A stretch of DNA of 64,000 bases, from positions 10,480,001 through 10,544,000 of the forward strand of contig CM052816.1 of the NCBI GenBank assembly GCA_028534125.1, written 5' to 3'. This DNA is from Lama glama. Taxonomy: Eukaryota. The notes beneath the pieces were generated by a model. That model was not told the DNA's origin. It searched no databases and saw nothing but the letters and a program-made list of their open reading frames with translations. The position numbers were made by a program, and so were the translations under genes. Within the stretch, counting starts at the first letter, position 1. Each line of letters opens with the position of its first letter. Positions 1-10,400 of the stretch are shown piece by piece.

Positions 1-514
1 AGGCTGACTCATCAACCCCCATAAAATTAAAAACACCATCTTTAGATCTCTAACATAGACTTTTCCACTCATCTCTGGACTCACAGTCTCAGCCTCCTAC
101 TTGATGTCACCATTTTATGCAAAGTCATTGGATGCATCCAAACAAGAACTCTTGACTAGGCTTAAACATGGTCCCAACCCCCAATTATTTTATATTGAAA
201 ATACACGTTGAATAAACTCTCAGTTCTCCATCTCTATTCACTCTCTTAGCTCAGGTACCACCATCTTTCACCTCAAATGATTAAAACAGGTCACCTCTTT
301 TTTTCCTACCTCAGCTACATAAATGTCATCTACATCAGACTTATTAAAATTACCATTATATTTTGGGATTTTACAGTTCAGAAAATCCCATCCACCTAAA
401 AAACAAAAAGCAAACAAAAACAAGGGGAGAAAAGGAAAACCAACACTGGGAACCTTTTACTTGCCAAGTAAGAGCATTAACACTGTGGTGGCGATGGTAT
501 CAGTAGTAATAATA

Positions 515-680
515 CTCGTTGAGCAATTAGTATGTGCCAGACACTAGGCTAAATACTTGTTATGGATAATTTCTTTTAATTCCTACAAAAATAGTTGAGG
601 TAGGTACTATTATTAGCCATCATTTATATATAAGAAAACTGGGGATCAGAGAGACAAATTACTTCTTGAAGTTCTCACTG
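515..680 (-). mobile_element. MIR SINE fragment
   Basis: Reverse MIR core (tatgtgccagacact...tgaggtaggtactattatt...cattttata...gaaaactgggg). Confidence 0.75.
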
Positions 681-788
681 TGGAAAAAAAATTCTGTTTA
701 CACAGTCCTTAAATACTAGACACACAACAAGAAAGAAGGTGATCTTAGAATTAGAAATTTTACTGGCGTTAGCACTATAAGAAACTTA

Positions 789-912
789 TGTCACGACATT
801 GTGAAATGACTAACTCAATAAAAAAATGTTAAAAGATGGAATTTGACACAACATTGTAAAATGATTATAAATCAGTAAAAAATGTTAAGAAAAAAATGTT
901 AAAAGAAAAAAA
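789..912 (+). mobile_element. Two nested, extremely 5'-truncated L1 3' termini
   Basis: Outer TSD aagaaactta at 779-788 and 913-922. Inner TSD aaaaaaatgttaaaaga at 820-836 and 890-906. Both inserts carry the acattgt(g/a)aaatga...ca(a/g)taaaaaatgttaa L1 terminus also seen reversed at about 42135-42190. Confidence 0.8.
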
Positions 913-1707
913 AAGAAACTTAGGACATTGCCCTCATTTTCCTCTTTTTACCATAGACTAAGAAAAACATTGCATCTGTCCACAGAGGGTGTCTAGAAGC
1001 CACTGACTGAACGTGTACCTCTGACACCATGATGTTAGTTAAGGTTGAAGGTCCACTCTAGAACATGGTGATCCACTGATGCAGAATTACTTAGCTGGCT
1101 CACTAGCCCTTTATCATCCCAAATGGGTGACAGCCAACGGTTGCCACTAATACATGTGGAGCTTGGCAGGGCCTTTAAGGATATATTTGAAACTTCTCCA
1201 GAGAAGGCCTCCAAGACCAATTGATGGCATCTGCCTGCATGGTCAGCACTTCCCTTTTATGAAACACGGTGCCCCAGGGAGTCTGGGATTTACTGACACT
1301 CATTATTGGTGCCAAGACCAAGCAGTGGGCATCAACAGCTTCTTTTACTGCTGCCTGGACCCCAATTCATGAATTTGCTCAGAAGTCAGAAATACACTAG
1401 CTATTTCTTTAGAACAAATCGTGAAGTAGAACAGTGGGGCAGGATGGGGGGATCAATACCCCCAGCCTCTCAGTTGACTAAATGCCCCCAAGAGGGAAAA
1501 AATTCTACATAATTACATTTCAAAAGAATTACCGGCTGTACCCGTTTAATGAAACCCAGTCTGTATGGTTAGCTAGTAACACATAATACAAAAATAATAC
1601 ATTTTATTCTCTAAAATGATTTATCAATCCAGGTACCTTAACTGACTCATTATGATGAACCAAGAGAGCAGGTGAAGACTGACTTCATTAAGCATCTACA
1701 GAGAACA

Positions 1708-1916
1708 TTTGCAGATACTAACTACTATATATAAAATAGACAACAAGTTCATACTGTATAGCACAGGGAACTGTATTCAATATCCAACTTATGGTGAAAA
1801 GGAATATGAAAACGAATATATGTATGTTCCTGTATGACTGAAGCACTGTGCTGTACACCAGAAATTGACACAACATTGTAAACTGACTATTCTTCAATAA
1901 AAATATTTAAAAAAAA
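1708..1916 (+). mobile_element. 5'-truncated L1 3' end with A tail
   Basis: atagcacagggaac...tgtacaccagaaattgacacaacattgtaaactgacta...aataaa plus A-run. Imperfect TSD aagcatctacagagaaca (1690-1707) / aaacatctacaagagaaca (1917-1935). Confidence 0.9.
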
Positions 1917-2752
1917 AAACATCTACAAGAGAACAGATCGCAGTGTCCTTGCCAGTCCCTCACTCCCTTAAGGCTAGAGGGTTATGAACGAATACGTCAA
2001 TAGCTTTGGATAGGACAAAAAGTACAGCAGGAGTGTTATTTAATAATCAGCAATTCCTTCACCATAATTTGTTCGTAAGATGCTCTTTGAGCTAAAATGT
2101 TCTTTATTTAAAAAAAATAAAGAAGAAACGAATTACCTCCAAATCTAATCCTACTTGGACTAGAAGTCTCCAACACATCCCACAATTAAACAGAGCTTCC
2201 TTCTGTTTTACTCATTCACCTGGGTAAACATGAACAGTGCTGCATGGGGAACTTGTGCTGGGGAGACCTTACAGAACAACATCATTCTTTAGCTGTAGAG
2301 AGTCTGCGTGTCATAATCTGCAGCCATCAAACCGGGGAGGGGCAGTGGGATCCATGGGAGAAACAATGTTTCCAACAAAAAAAAAAGCAGATGTGTTCAT
2401 GACCTTTTTGTTTCCGTAATTGAGATCCACAGAGTATTACGTGTTTCAAGGGATTAAAAGGTTTTCCACAAAACTGATGTAATTTTGAAATAAGTGAAAA
2501 ATATCAGAATATTGAGATTTCAAGATTGTAGAACATTTCAGCTTTATCATGCTAATAAGCATTGTGAGTCTCCAAAGGCAGGATGGAACCTTGCTGAATT
2601 TGTTTGAGTAGATGCTCCTAAATGTATATTCATAACTCACTGCTCAAGAAACATGCAAATTGGAAGCACTAGCTTAGTCTGTGATGTCTTTTTTCTTTTA
2701 TTTTTTTCACACTGTTCAAATTCACTTAATATTTGTTGAACTCTCTGCTTCA

Positions 2753-3168
2753 CTTTTTTTCTTTTTCTTATTGAAGTATAGTTGGTTTACAACGTTGTGT
2801 TAATTTCTAGTATACAGCATAGTGATTCAGTTACACATACACATATGTATATATTCCTTTTCATATTCTTTTTCATTATAGGCTATTACAAGGTATAGAA
2901 TATAGTTCCCTGTGCTATACAGTAGGACCTTGTTGTTTATCTGTTTTATATATAGTAGTTGTTAATCGTAAAACCCCAACTCCCAATTTCTTTCCACCCC
3001 CTCCTTTTCCCCACTGGTAACCATAAGTTTGTTCTCCATGTCTGTGAGTCTCTTTCTGTTTTGTGAATGAGTTCATTTGTGTCATTTTTTTTAGATTCCA
3101 CATGTAAGTGATATTATATGGTATTTTTCTTTCTCTTTCTGGCTTACTTCACTTAGTATGACAGTCTT
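2753..3168 (-). mobile_element. L1 3' end (sense to STK32A)
   Basis: T-run then ttgaagtatagttggtttacaa...ttccctgtgctatacagtagg...ttagattccacatgtaagtgat...ttacttcacttagtatg, the reversed L1 3' UTR. Confidence 0.9.
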
Positions 3169-4639
3169 TTTCTTGGTTGTCTAGTTTGTTTCTCCCTGAC
3201 TCTTCCAATCCCTTGGGATGGGGGAAATAAAGCCATCACAAGTTTTAAGTGTTTGTTGCTAGAAACTGGTGGATCTGAGGTTATTTATGACAAATACCTT
3301 AACTAAATGTTAGAACCATTCAAGATAACAACTTTTTTAAGAAGCCAATTCTCACTAGGGAAATTTTCATTTTGTTTTCCCAGTCATTTTAACACAAAAA
3401 TAGTAAATAATAGAAAACAACTTTACTCAGGTTTGACGGGGGAAAGTCTGAAATTCATTGGTATCCGCTGGGTACCAATATACAGTGCTCGATAGACATT
3501 AAAATAACAAAGAAGAGTCTCAAAGTCCTTCATTGCTGGAATCAATTCAATCACCTCCTTCTTTCATTTGGGTTGCAAATCTGTGGCCAAAGTTTTTGGC
3601 CCAACATTTTGAAGGACCCATTCCATTGCCTCTGTCACCAAAGAAGATGTAGGAAAGCTGGAAGCAATCACATATCCTAGGAGACAAGTGTTGCCAAATG
3701 AAAGTAGAACATTGAGTTTTCAGCAAGTCCAAAGGACAATGTAATAATTGAGCTCTCTCTGCAAACTCAGGGCATGGACGCACTCTTTGTAGAGGCTTTT
3801 TACCCTAAGGCCAACTTTTCTTAGTGACAGTACGCCCGAAGAAAGCTGTCTCTTGGTTTAACTAAACCAGCTCTATCACCTCTGCAGTCTTTGTATATTC
3901 TTGGAAATACACACTACTTAGAATGATGGCAAGATCTTCTGTTGCCCAGACCCTGCATTATAAACAAATCTACTTTCCCCTATATTAAAGAATTTCTTTT
4001 TCTAAATCAGCCTGAAAAATTCAATGACTGGACTTTGAAAATGTTGATTTTTTGATAAAACAAGCAAAAAAAAAAAAAAAAAAAAGAATGAAACCTGAAG
4101 TACTGCATTCAGATAGAGGAAATAAAGCAGAGAGAATGAAAAAGAATTATAAACATTAAAAACAAGTATCACCTTCACTCCTTTGCTTTCAGAAAACTTA
4201 CAATGTCTTTCTGTATCATTAATTATTTCTCAGAGTATCCACATGGTAGTTAGGTCTAGGGGGCAACTGTGTCTGTTGATCAAATGGGATTACTTACATA
4301 ATCATTAGGGCTTTGGCTTCATCAGAAAAAATGAAGTTTATTGATTTTCAACCCAATGAGTTCTTGATTTTGCTTTAAAAAGTACAGTCACCCCAGGGGA
4401 GGATAAAAGAAAAAAACAGGTGAGATTATGTTTTTCAGAAGTCAAAATTTGGCTTCTTTTCAGAGTATTTGTATAGGTTTTCACAGAATCCATAAAATCT
4501 TCCATCTGTCAATCCAGCTCTATTGATAGAATTATGAATGGATCATTTTAACTATGGTGTCTACATAGTTGCATTTAATCAATTTTGTTTCTTCCAGAAG
4601 TTGAAGTACTTCAAAGAACTCATGCTCAGACTCTGATAC

Positions 4640-4810
4640 TAGTAAATAATACTAAGTAGCATTAATTGGGTGGTTACTTTATATCAGACACCTTGCTAAG
4701 TGCTTTACTTGCATTATTTTATTTTATCCTTACAATGAACCAACAAATTATTCCCAATTAACTTGCATTTTACATATGAAGAAACAGGCTTACAGAGGTT
4801 TAATTACTTG
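4640..4810 (-). mobile_element. MIR SINE fragment
   Basis: gctaagtgctttac...cattttacatatgaagaaacaggcttacagaggtttaattacttg. Confidence 0.7.
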
Positions 4811-5094
4811 TAAACAAAAGGTTGTTTTTTTTTCCAAATTAATTCACTAGTAATTATTTAGCTTTGGGGACTTTTTCCCATGGTATTTCAAATCCCTTTA
4901 GAACACTTTATAATTAGTCAGATCGACTTTGTGTTTGATGGTGGGTTGATCAGGCTATATCCTCTGATTTTTCTCATAGAAATACACAGACTGCCAGTCT
5001 GTGACACAGATGTGTATGTCTTTCCACTACCAGAGCCCAGGCCCGTTATTCGAGGTGGTCTCCCACTACTAAAACACAAAACATAATTAGGTAG

Positions 5095-5678
5095 AAGACA
5101 GTATAGTGGGTGATTCCTCAAAAAAATTAAGTATCAAATGATCCAGCAACTCTACTTCTAAGGATGTACTTGAAATAGTTTGAAAATAGGGACTGGGAAC
5201 AGATACTATTACATCCATGTTCATAGCAGCATTATTTATGGTAGTCAAAAGGTAGAAACAACCTAATGTTCACTGATGAATGAAATAATAAAATGTGGTA
5301 TATGCATACTGTGGAATATTATTCAGCCTGAAAAAGGAATGACATTTTGATATATGCTACAATATGTGAAGCTTGATAAGTGAAATAAGTCAGATATAAA
5401 AGGACAAAAATTATATGGCTCCATTTATGTAAGGTACCTAACATAGTCAAATTCGTAGAGGCAACAAGTTGAATGGTGGTTGCCAGGGGCTGGGGGGAAA
5501 AGGTAATTGGGGAGTTACTGTTTAATGGATACAAAATTTCCGTTTGGGAAGATTTAGAAGTTCTAGAGATGGATGGTGGTGATAGTTGCCCCCACAGGTG
5601 AATATACTCAATGCCACCAAACTGTACACTTAAAAATTGTTAAAATGATATTATGTACATTATACCAAAATAAAAAAG
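5095..5678 (+). mobile_element. Older L1 (L1MA/MB-like) ORF2 end and 3' UTR
   Basis: atgatccagcaact...catgttcatagcagcattatt...aaaatgtggtata...ggtggttgccaggggctgggg...actgtacacttaaaa plus A-rich end. Confidence 0.88.
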
Positions 5679-6539
5679 TAATTAGGACTGAGATTTGCAC
5701 TAAAATATGAAAGCTAGACCCCGAACAATAGTATAATTTGAGATCTACTTTGTAAAAAATGACTCAACAGTAAATAAGCCTTATTCTGATCAGCAGTGCT
5801 TGTGAATCTTAAACTTGGTTTTCACTAAATAAAGGTCAGCATAAGTAACTAATAAAATGATTCTTTCAAGATCAGTATCAGATGGAACAACATGAAATAC
5901 AAAGTGTCAGGATGAGTTCTAGCAAGAACAGTTTATCTCAAGGGACATCTGGTAACATCTTATTCCTTAATTACCTTCAAAGTGAACCAAAACTTTTTTT
6001 TTCCCCATGAGAAAGAAATCTTGAAATATTACTTGGGAACAGTAAGAATTTTCTCTCAAATCTGTATATTGGGAATAGAAAACACTTGGTAGGAAATTGT
6101 GAACACTGTTTCATCACATTGTGGGATTCTTTTCAGCAATATTTTCAAAATAATTAAATTGGTTCGTTTAAGTGCCCTAGATTCTGACCCAATTTAATTA
6201 TTTATATAAAAATAGAGAGATGAAAAATGATATATAGGCATTAATGTTCTTGGATTAGTCAGTGCTTTTTGTTTCTTGGTTAGAAGTTTCACAATAATCA
6301 GAATTTTGCCTTGTGTTCAATCCAGAGCTATGAAAGGAGTCAAATCAACTTTGTAGGATTTCCTGGTTAAAAAATAAATAAATAAACGCCCAGGGTGTCA
6401 TACTTTTCCTTCCCAAAATTCAATGATCTTGTAAACAAGTAAGTTAACATGGCAATTAAATATGCTCCCTTTTCATAATACACAAACGCATACTCATCAG
6501 AATGTGAAGATACAGGCAACTGGCCATTTCTGATTTTGT

Positions 6540-6905
6540 CACTATTTGGACTTTTTCCTGTGCTTGGACTACTCTGCCTGTGTTATTCCATGAGTGGCTT
6601 CCTCACATTTTTCAGGCTCCACCCCAGAGGTCACCTCTTCTGAAAGGCCAATCCTGGCCACACCCTATCAGAAGTGGTCTCCCCACCAGTAGTCACCCTG
6701 TCTGTCTGCATCAGATTGCTCAGAGCCATGGCCTTGGTGGCACTTTCACACTATCTGAAGTTGTCTGGTTTCTATATCTGTTAACTTGTTTACTGTTTGC
6801 TTTCTACCATTAGAACACGAGTTCCTCAAGGGCAGAGGAAGGGCCATCTTGTTTCTTCTTCTGTCCCTCAGCCTAGCAGAGTGACAGGCTCAGAGCAGGT
6901 GGTGC
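6540..6905 (+). mobile_element. L2 3' fragment
   Basis: ggtcacctcttctgaaaggcc...gttcctcaagggcag...cagcctagcagagtgacaggctcagagcaggtggtgctc. Confidence 0.7.
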
Positions 6906-7699
6906 TCCCTTCCTACTTCTGCCTCACAGCGGTGTGTGTAAATGGACTCAGAGCCCCGCCCCCGGGAAGTGCAGGCACACTGCTGTGCCCAGCTCTTCTA
7001 AGGGTGCTGCTGTGGGCTCATCTCACTGGGCTGGGAGGCTGGACAGCAAAAAGTGGACACCTAGAGTGTTCAGAAAGACCCGCTTGCTTCTTAAGCCTAA
7101 CTCCACCTCTGGCTTTCCCAGGTCGCTTAAAGGTACTTATGAAGTGGTAACTTATTTCCCATTTGCCATAATCCCTTGGGGCAGCTTCCTCAGGCACTCC
7201 ATGAGAACCAGGGTTGGCTGGATTAATGAAGATTTGGACATCTCTCTGTTTTCTCATCATCATGCTATTCGAAGACTGTAAAATGACACATGTCCCTAGC
7301 AAGTGACAAGCAAGAGGCTGGCCTCTCTTTCCTACTCTGTTCTCTGAGGACCAGCTTCATGGACAGCGTTAGTTCTGAATCCATAGGCAACAAAGTGAAC
7401 CAAGCAAATGAAATCTAAGCCTTCTTGTCTTCCCATTATAGAGATGGAAAATTCAAGGAACATCACTGGTCTCTAGATCCTTGACTTTACAACTTGATAA
7501 AGCAAAAGCAAGGCAACAGATACAAGAGTGGGGAAAAGTTTTCTTAAGACCGTTTTCAAACTCTATAATTTCTATGCAATATTTTGTATAGGCAATAATG
7601 AGGCACCTTTAAATTGATAGTGAGTAGCTGGGAAAAAGGGATCTTGATTGATCAGATTTTTTTTTAAAGAGTCCAACCAAAGACTCAAAAACTAAGATC

Positions 7700-8170
7700 A
7701 TAGCAGACTTCTATTTGCCCCCCCAACCACAGCAAATAGCTAATTCTCTCCTTCTTTTGTAAGAAAACAGAACTCCTTATTTAGAAGGTTCATGGCCACA
7801 CAAGATAACTAAGTAAATTTCCCAGTCTCCTTTGTAACTTGATACTGCATGTGAATGAAGGTGACAAGCAACAGGCAGATCATGTGCTTAAAAGGAGGGG
7901 GCTCAGTCTCCCCTTTCTTCCCCCTCCCACTGGCTGGAATTTGGATGTGGTGGGGAGCCATCCAGAGGCGAGGGTGACAGCAGCACTCGAGGGATGGGAA
8001 GAGAAGGAAAGAAGCTCACTTGTCAGAGCCAGAGTCCCCAACCCTTCAGAGGCACATATCACCTGCATTACTTATACCGAAATTGTTACGTAAGAAAGGA
8101 AAACATGACCATCTTCCTAAAGCCTCTGTGATTTGTAGTTTCTGTTTCACCCAGCTTTCCTTTGATGTTT
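7700..8170 (+). mobile_element. MaLR solo LTR (MLT1J-like)
   Basis: tagcagac start; aatttcccagtctcctttgtaact; ggctggaatttggatgtggtgg...agccatc; terminal aagcctctgtgatttg...tttctgtt typical of MLT1 LTRs. Confidence 0.65.
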
Positions 8171-9165
8171 CAGATGGTGCTTTAAAATTTTTGCAAAGTG
8201 GCTTTAGGAGCTCACAATGATAAAACTTTGGAGTTGAACAAGACCTTCAAGGTTAGTACCCTATCCTCCCACTTTACTGATGAGGAAATTGAAGACAGAG
8301 TCCATCAGCTTTTTAAGCCTCACAGGTAGCTGGTAGTAGGGCTGGTGCCCAGATCTCCTGAATTTCAGCTTGTTGTTCTTCTCTCTTGTGGTCAATTAGC
8401 AGAACTCCCTGGAAATAACTCTAGGGGCTCCCTCTGGGGAGCCTGAACAACTTATTAGCTGGGAGGCAGGTTGTTTTACAAGATAGCCCATAAACAGCAT
8501 ATATATACAAGGCTGTTCACACTTCTGCTCTAGGAAGGAAGAGGGTCACGGGGAGGCCCATGCCCGGTTCTGTCAGGCCTCGTTCTGGGATGACAGGTGG
8601 GTCAGGAGGACCCAGGCCTGCACTTCTTTTCTTGCTGAGCCCGATCTGGAAAGTTTCCCTTTCCTCCGGTAAACCTGATTCCCTTTCCTGTGAACTTAGC
8701 GTTGTGGAATTTGTCTAGGACCCTGAAGCATGCCAGTCAGAAGCTCAGAAGGCACCAACTTGCATGACTCCACTCTATAATACTATGACTATCAATTACT
8801 GTTCACGTGCAAGTTGATAATACAAGAAAAATTTTTAGAACAACTAGCAGTAGGGGTAACTTCACCTGTCAAGAAAAGAGCACAAAGAACAAACAAATCA
8901 CATAATTTCAAGGTCTTGTATCCACCAGGCATCCAACCACAGTTCCCTTTGGACAAAGGGCACTGGTACAGTTGTGATTATGAAAGCTGTCCAGGGTCCT
9001 GTTAAAGTGTAAGGTAAATCCAGCTCTTAGCATACAAGGTCCTCAGGCTGACCCCTGGAGTTCTACCTTTTTAAAGATCTTACTTTGCAATTTACTTACA
9101 AAGCTAGGAGCTTCTATTTGAATTCTGCAAATTTTACATTTATACACAATTATCACGTTTCTCAC

Positions 9166-9217
9166 CATCCTCGTTTTCGTCAAACACCGGTGGTTTGCTT
9201 GAAGTGTTTGCTCCCAT
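9166..9217 (-). CDS. STK32A: Serine/threonine kinase 32A (YANK1), coding part of the first coding exon (52 nt = 17 codons + 1 nt, phase-1 intron)
   Basis: The minus strand reads ACC-ATG GGA GCA AAC ACT TCA AGC AAA CCA CCG GTG TTT GAC GAA AAC GAG GAT G|gtgaga = [17 protein letters not shown]. This matches the human STK32A N-terminus as I recall it ([23 protein letters not shown]). Strong Kozak context (ACCATGG) and a canonical GT donor at 9165-9164. It is too short to appear in the ORF track. Confidence 0.96.
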
Positions 9218-9316
9218 GGTCAAGTCTGCCCAGACCTCTTGGATCCTCCAGTTACATTTTCTAGGCAGAAACAGTCATCTTCACTCAAAAGAGGTCCAGA
9301 AACCTCAGCTGGATAT
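9218..9316 (-). other. STK32A: 5' UTR portion of STK32A exon 2
   Basis: A polypyrimidine tract and AG acceptor (ttatttttctctcctag|ATATCC, AG at 9318-9317) lie 99 nt upstream of the ATG, giving a 151-nt exon 9166-9316. Confidence 0.88.
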
Positions 9317-10129
9317 CTAGGAGAGAAAAATAAATGGTATCCTTCTGATACACTGTGTTCTACGTACCCTGATAACAGACGGTGGCCAAAAATTAACCTA
9401 ATCTATACCACTGCAGTGGAATTCCTTTTTCTTGAAAACGGTAATTTCAGAAATAACAGAACATCAAGCATCTGGGAGAATGCACTGCATGGCCTCATCA
9501 GATGTGGACCTGGACTTACAAAGAAGGGGGAAAGCAAAATATCTTTCTAAGTATGAAGACAAGTTTAAAATGAGGTCAGCAATGCCTTATTTAACTATAA
9601 AATAAAAATAATATTTTATTGTGATGCTCCATATTTTTGAGATAATATGTAAATTTTAAACATCTTTTTAATGTGATATCAACAACTTAATTTTTTTCAA
9701 TCATAAAAAGACATCTCTTCCCTCCTGCCCGGGAACAAGGTATGATGTTTGGGCTTCACCGCACCAGCAGGCTACTGAATTTCACAGAACACGTTTCTTT
9801 TTTTCCTTCCCCTGAACTCGAAGATCATAATGGTTGTTACCTCCAAGGCAATTAAATGTGATTTCATGAGACAAAATGTAAGATATTTTCACAGCATAAG
9901 TGCTCAGTAATTGTTGGCCACTCGGAAGCTCAAATTAAATGATGTATGTGAGAGCTAAAAAGCCCTGAAAATGTACATTGATGGCTTTGTCCATTTTTCA
10001 ACATAATTATAAAGAACTTCACTTTCCCAGAAATTGATAAAGAGCAGTAGTATCCAGAGTTCTAGTTCTAAAACTGACAGTGATAATGGCTTTGGGCCAA
10101 TTACTTCACCTCTTGTCTCTTAAATGGGA

Positions 10130-10400
10130 GAAACAACTCAGATGCCTGCAAGAGCCAGACAAAAATGCAAATCAGCGAGCTGGATCGGGGGAAGCCATTA
10201 CTGCCTGGTGGGGACACTGGTGACCTGGTGGATCCAGCCTCCATCTAAAAGACATCACCGCCCTGGGATCTAAAAGATAGTTGCTAAGTGGAAACATGGT
10301 TCCAGGGGCTAGATCTTCAGATCTACCTCAAAAAGAGTAAAGATTCAGGTTTTATACAAAACAATGTTTCAAAATTCGTTTTAGCTATAAGGCTTGAGCA
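10130..10400 (+). mobile_element. hAT-Charlie MITE (MER102-like)
   Basis: aactcagatgcctgcaagagccag...ggtggggacactggtgacctgg...ccatctaaaag...gttgctaagtggaaac...agatcttc, resembling the MER102 consensus. Confidence 0.6.

Larger units (their letters stand above)
1..9165 (-). other. STK32A: STK32A intron 2 (partial; the next coding exon is outside the window)
   Basis: Follows the GT donor at 9165. I could not find sequence encoding the expected continuation (V)NFDHFEILRAIGKGSFGK in 1-9165. Confidence 0.8.

Noticed and set aside
4795..5068. Possible cryptic STK32A exon after a minus-strand acceptor (tgttttgtgttttag at 5070-5069)
   Set aside because: No similarity to STK32A protein, a stop within 7 codons in the exon-2 frame, and only a weak MIR-derived donor.
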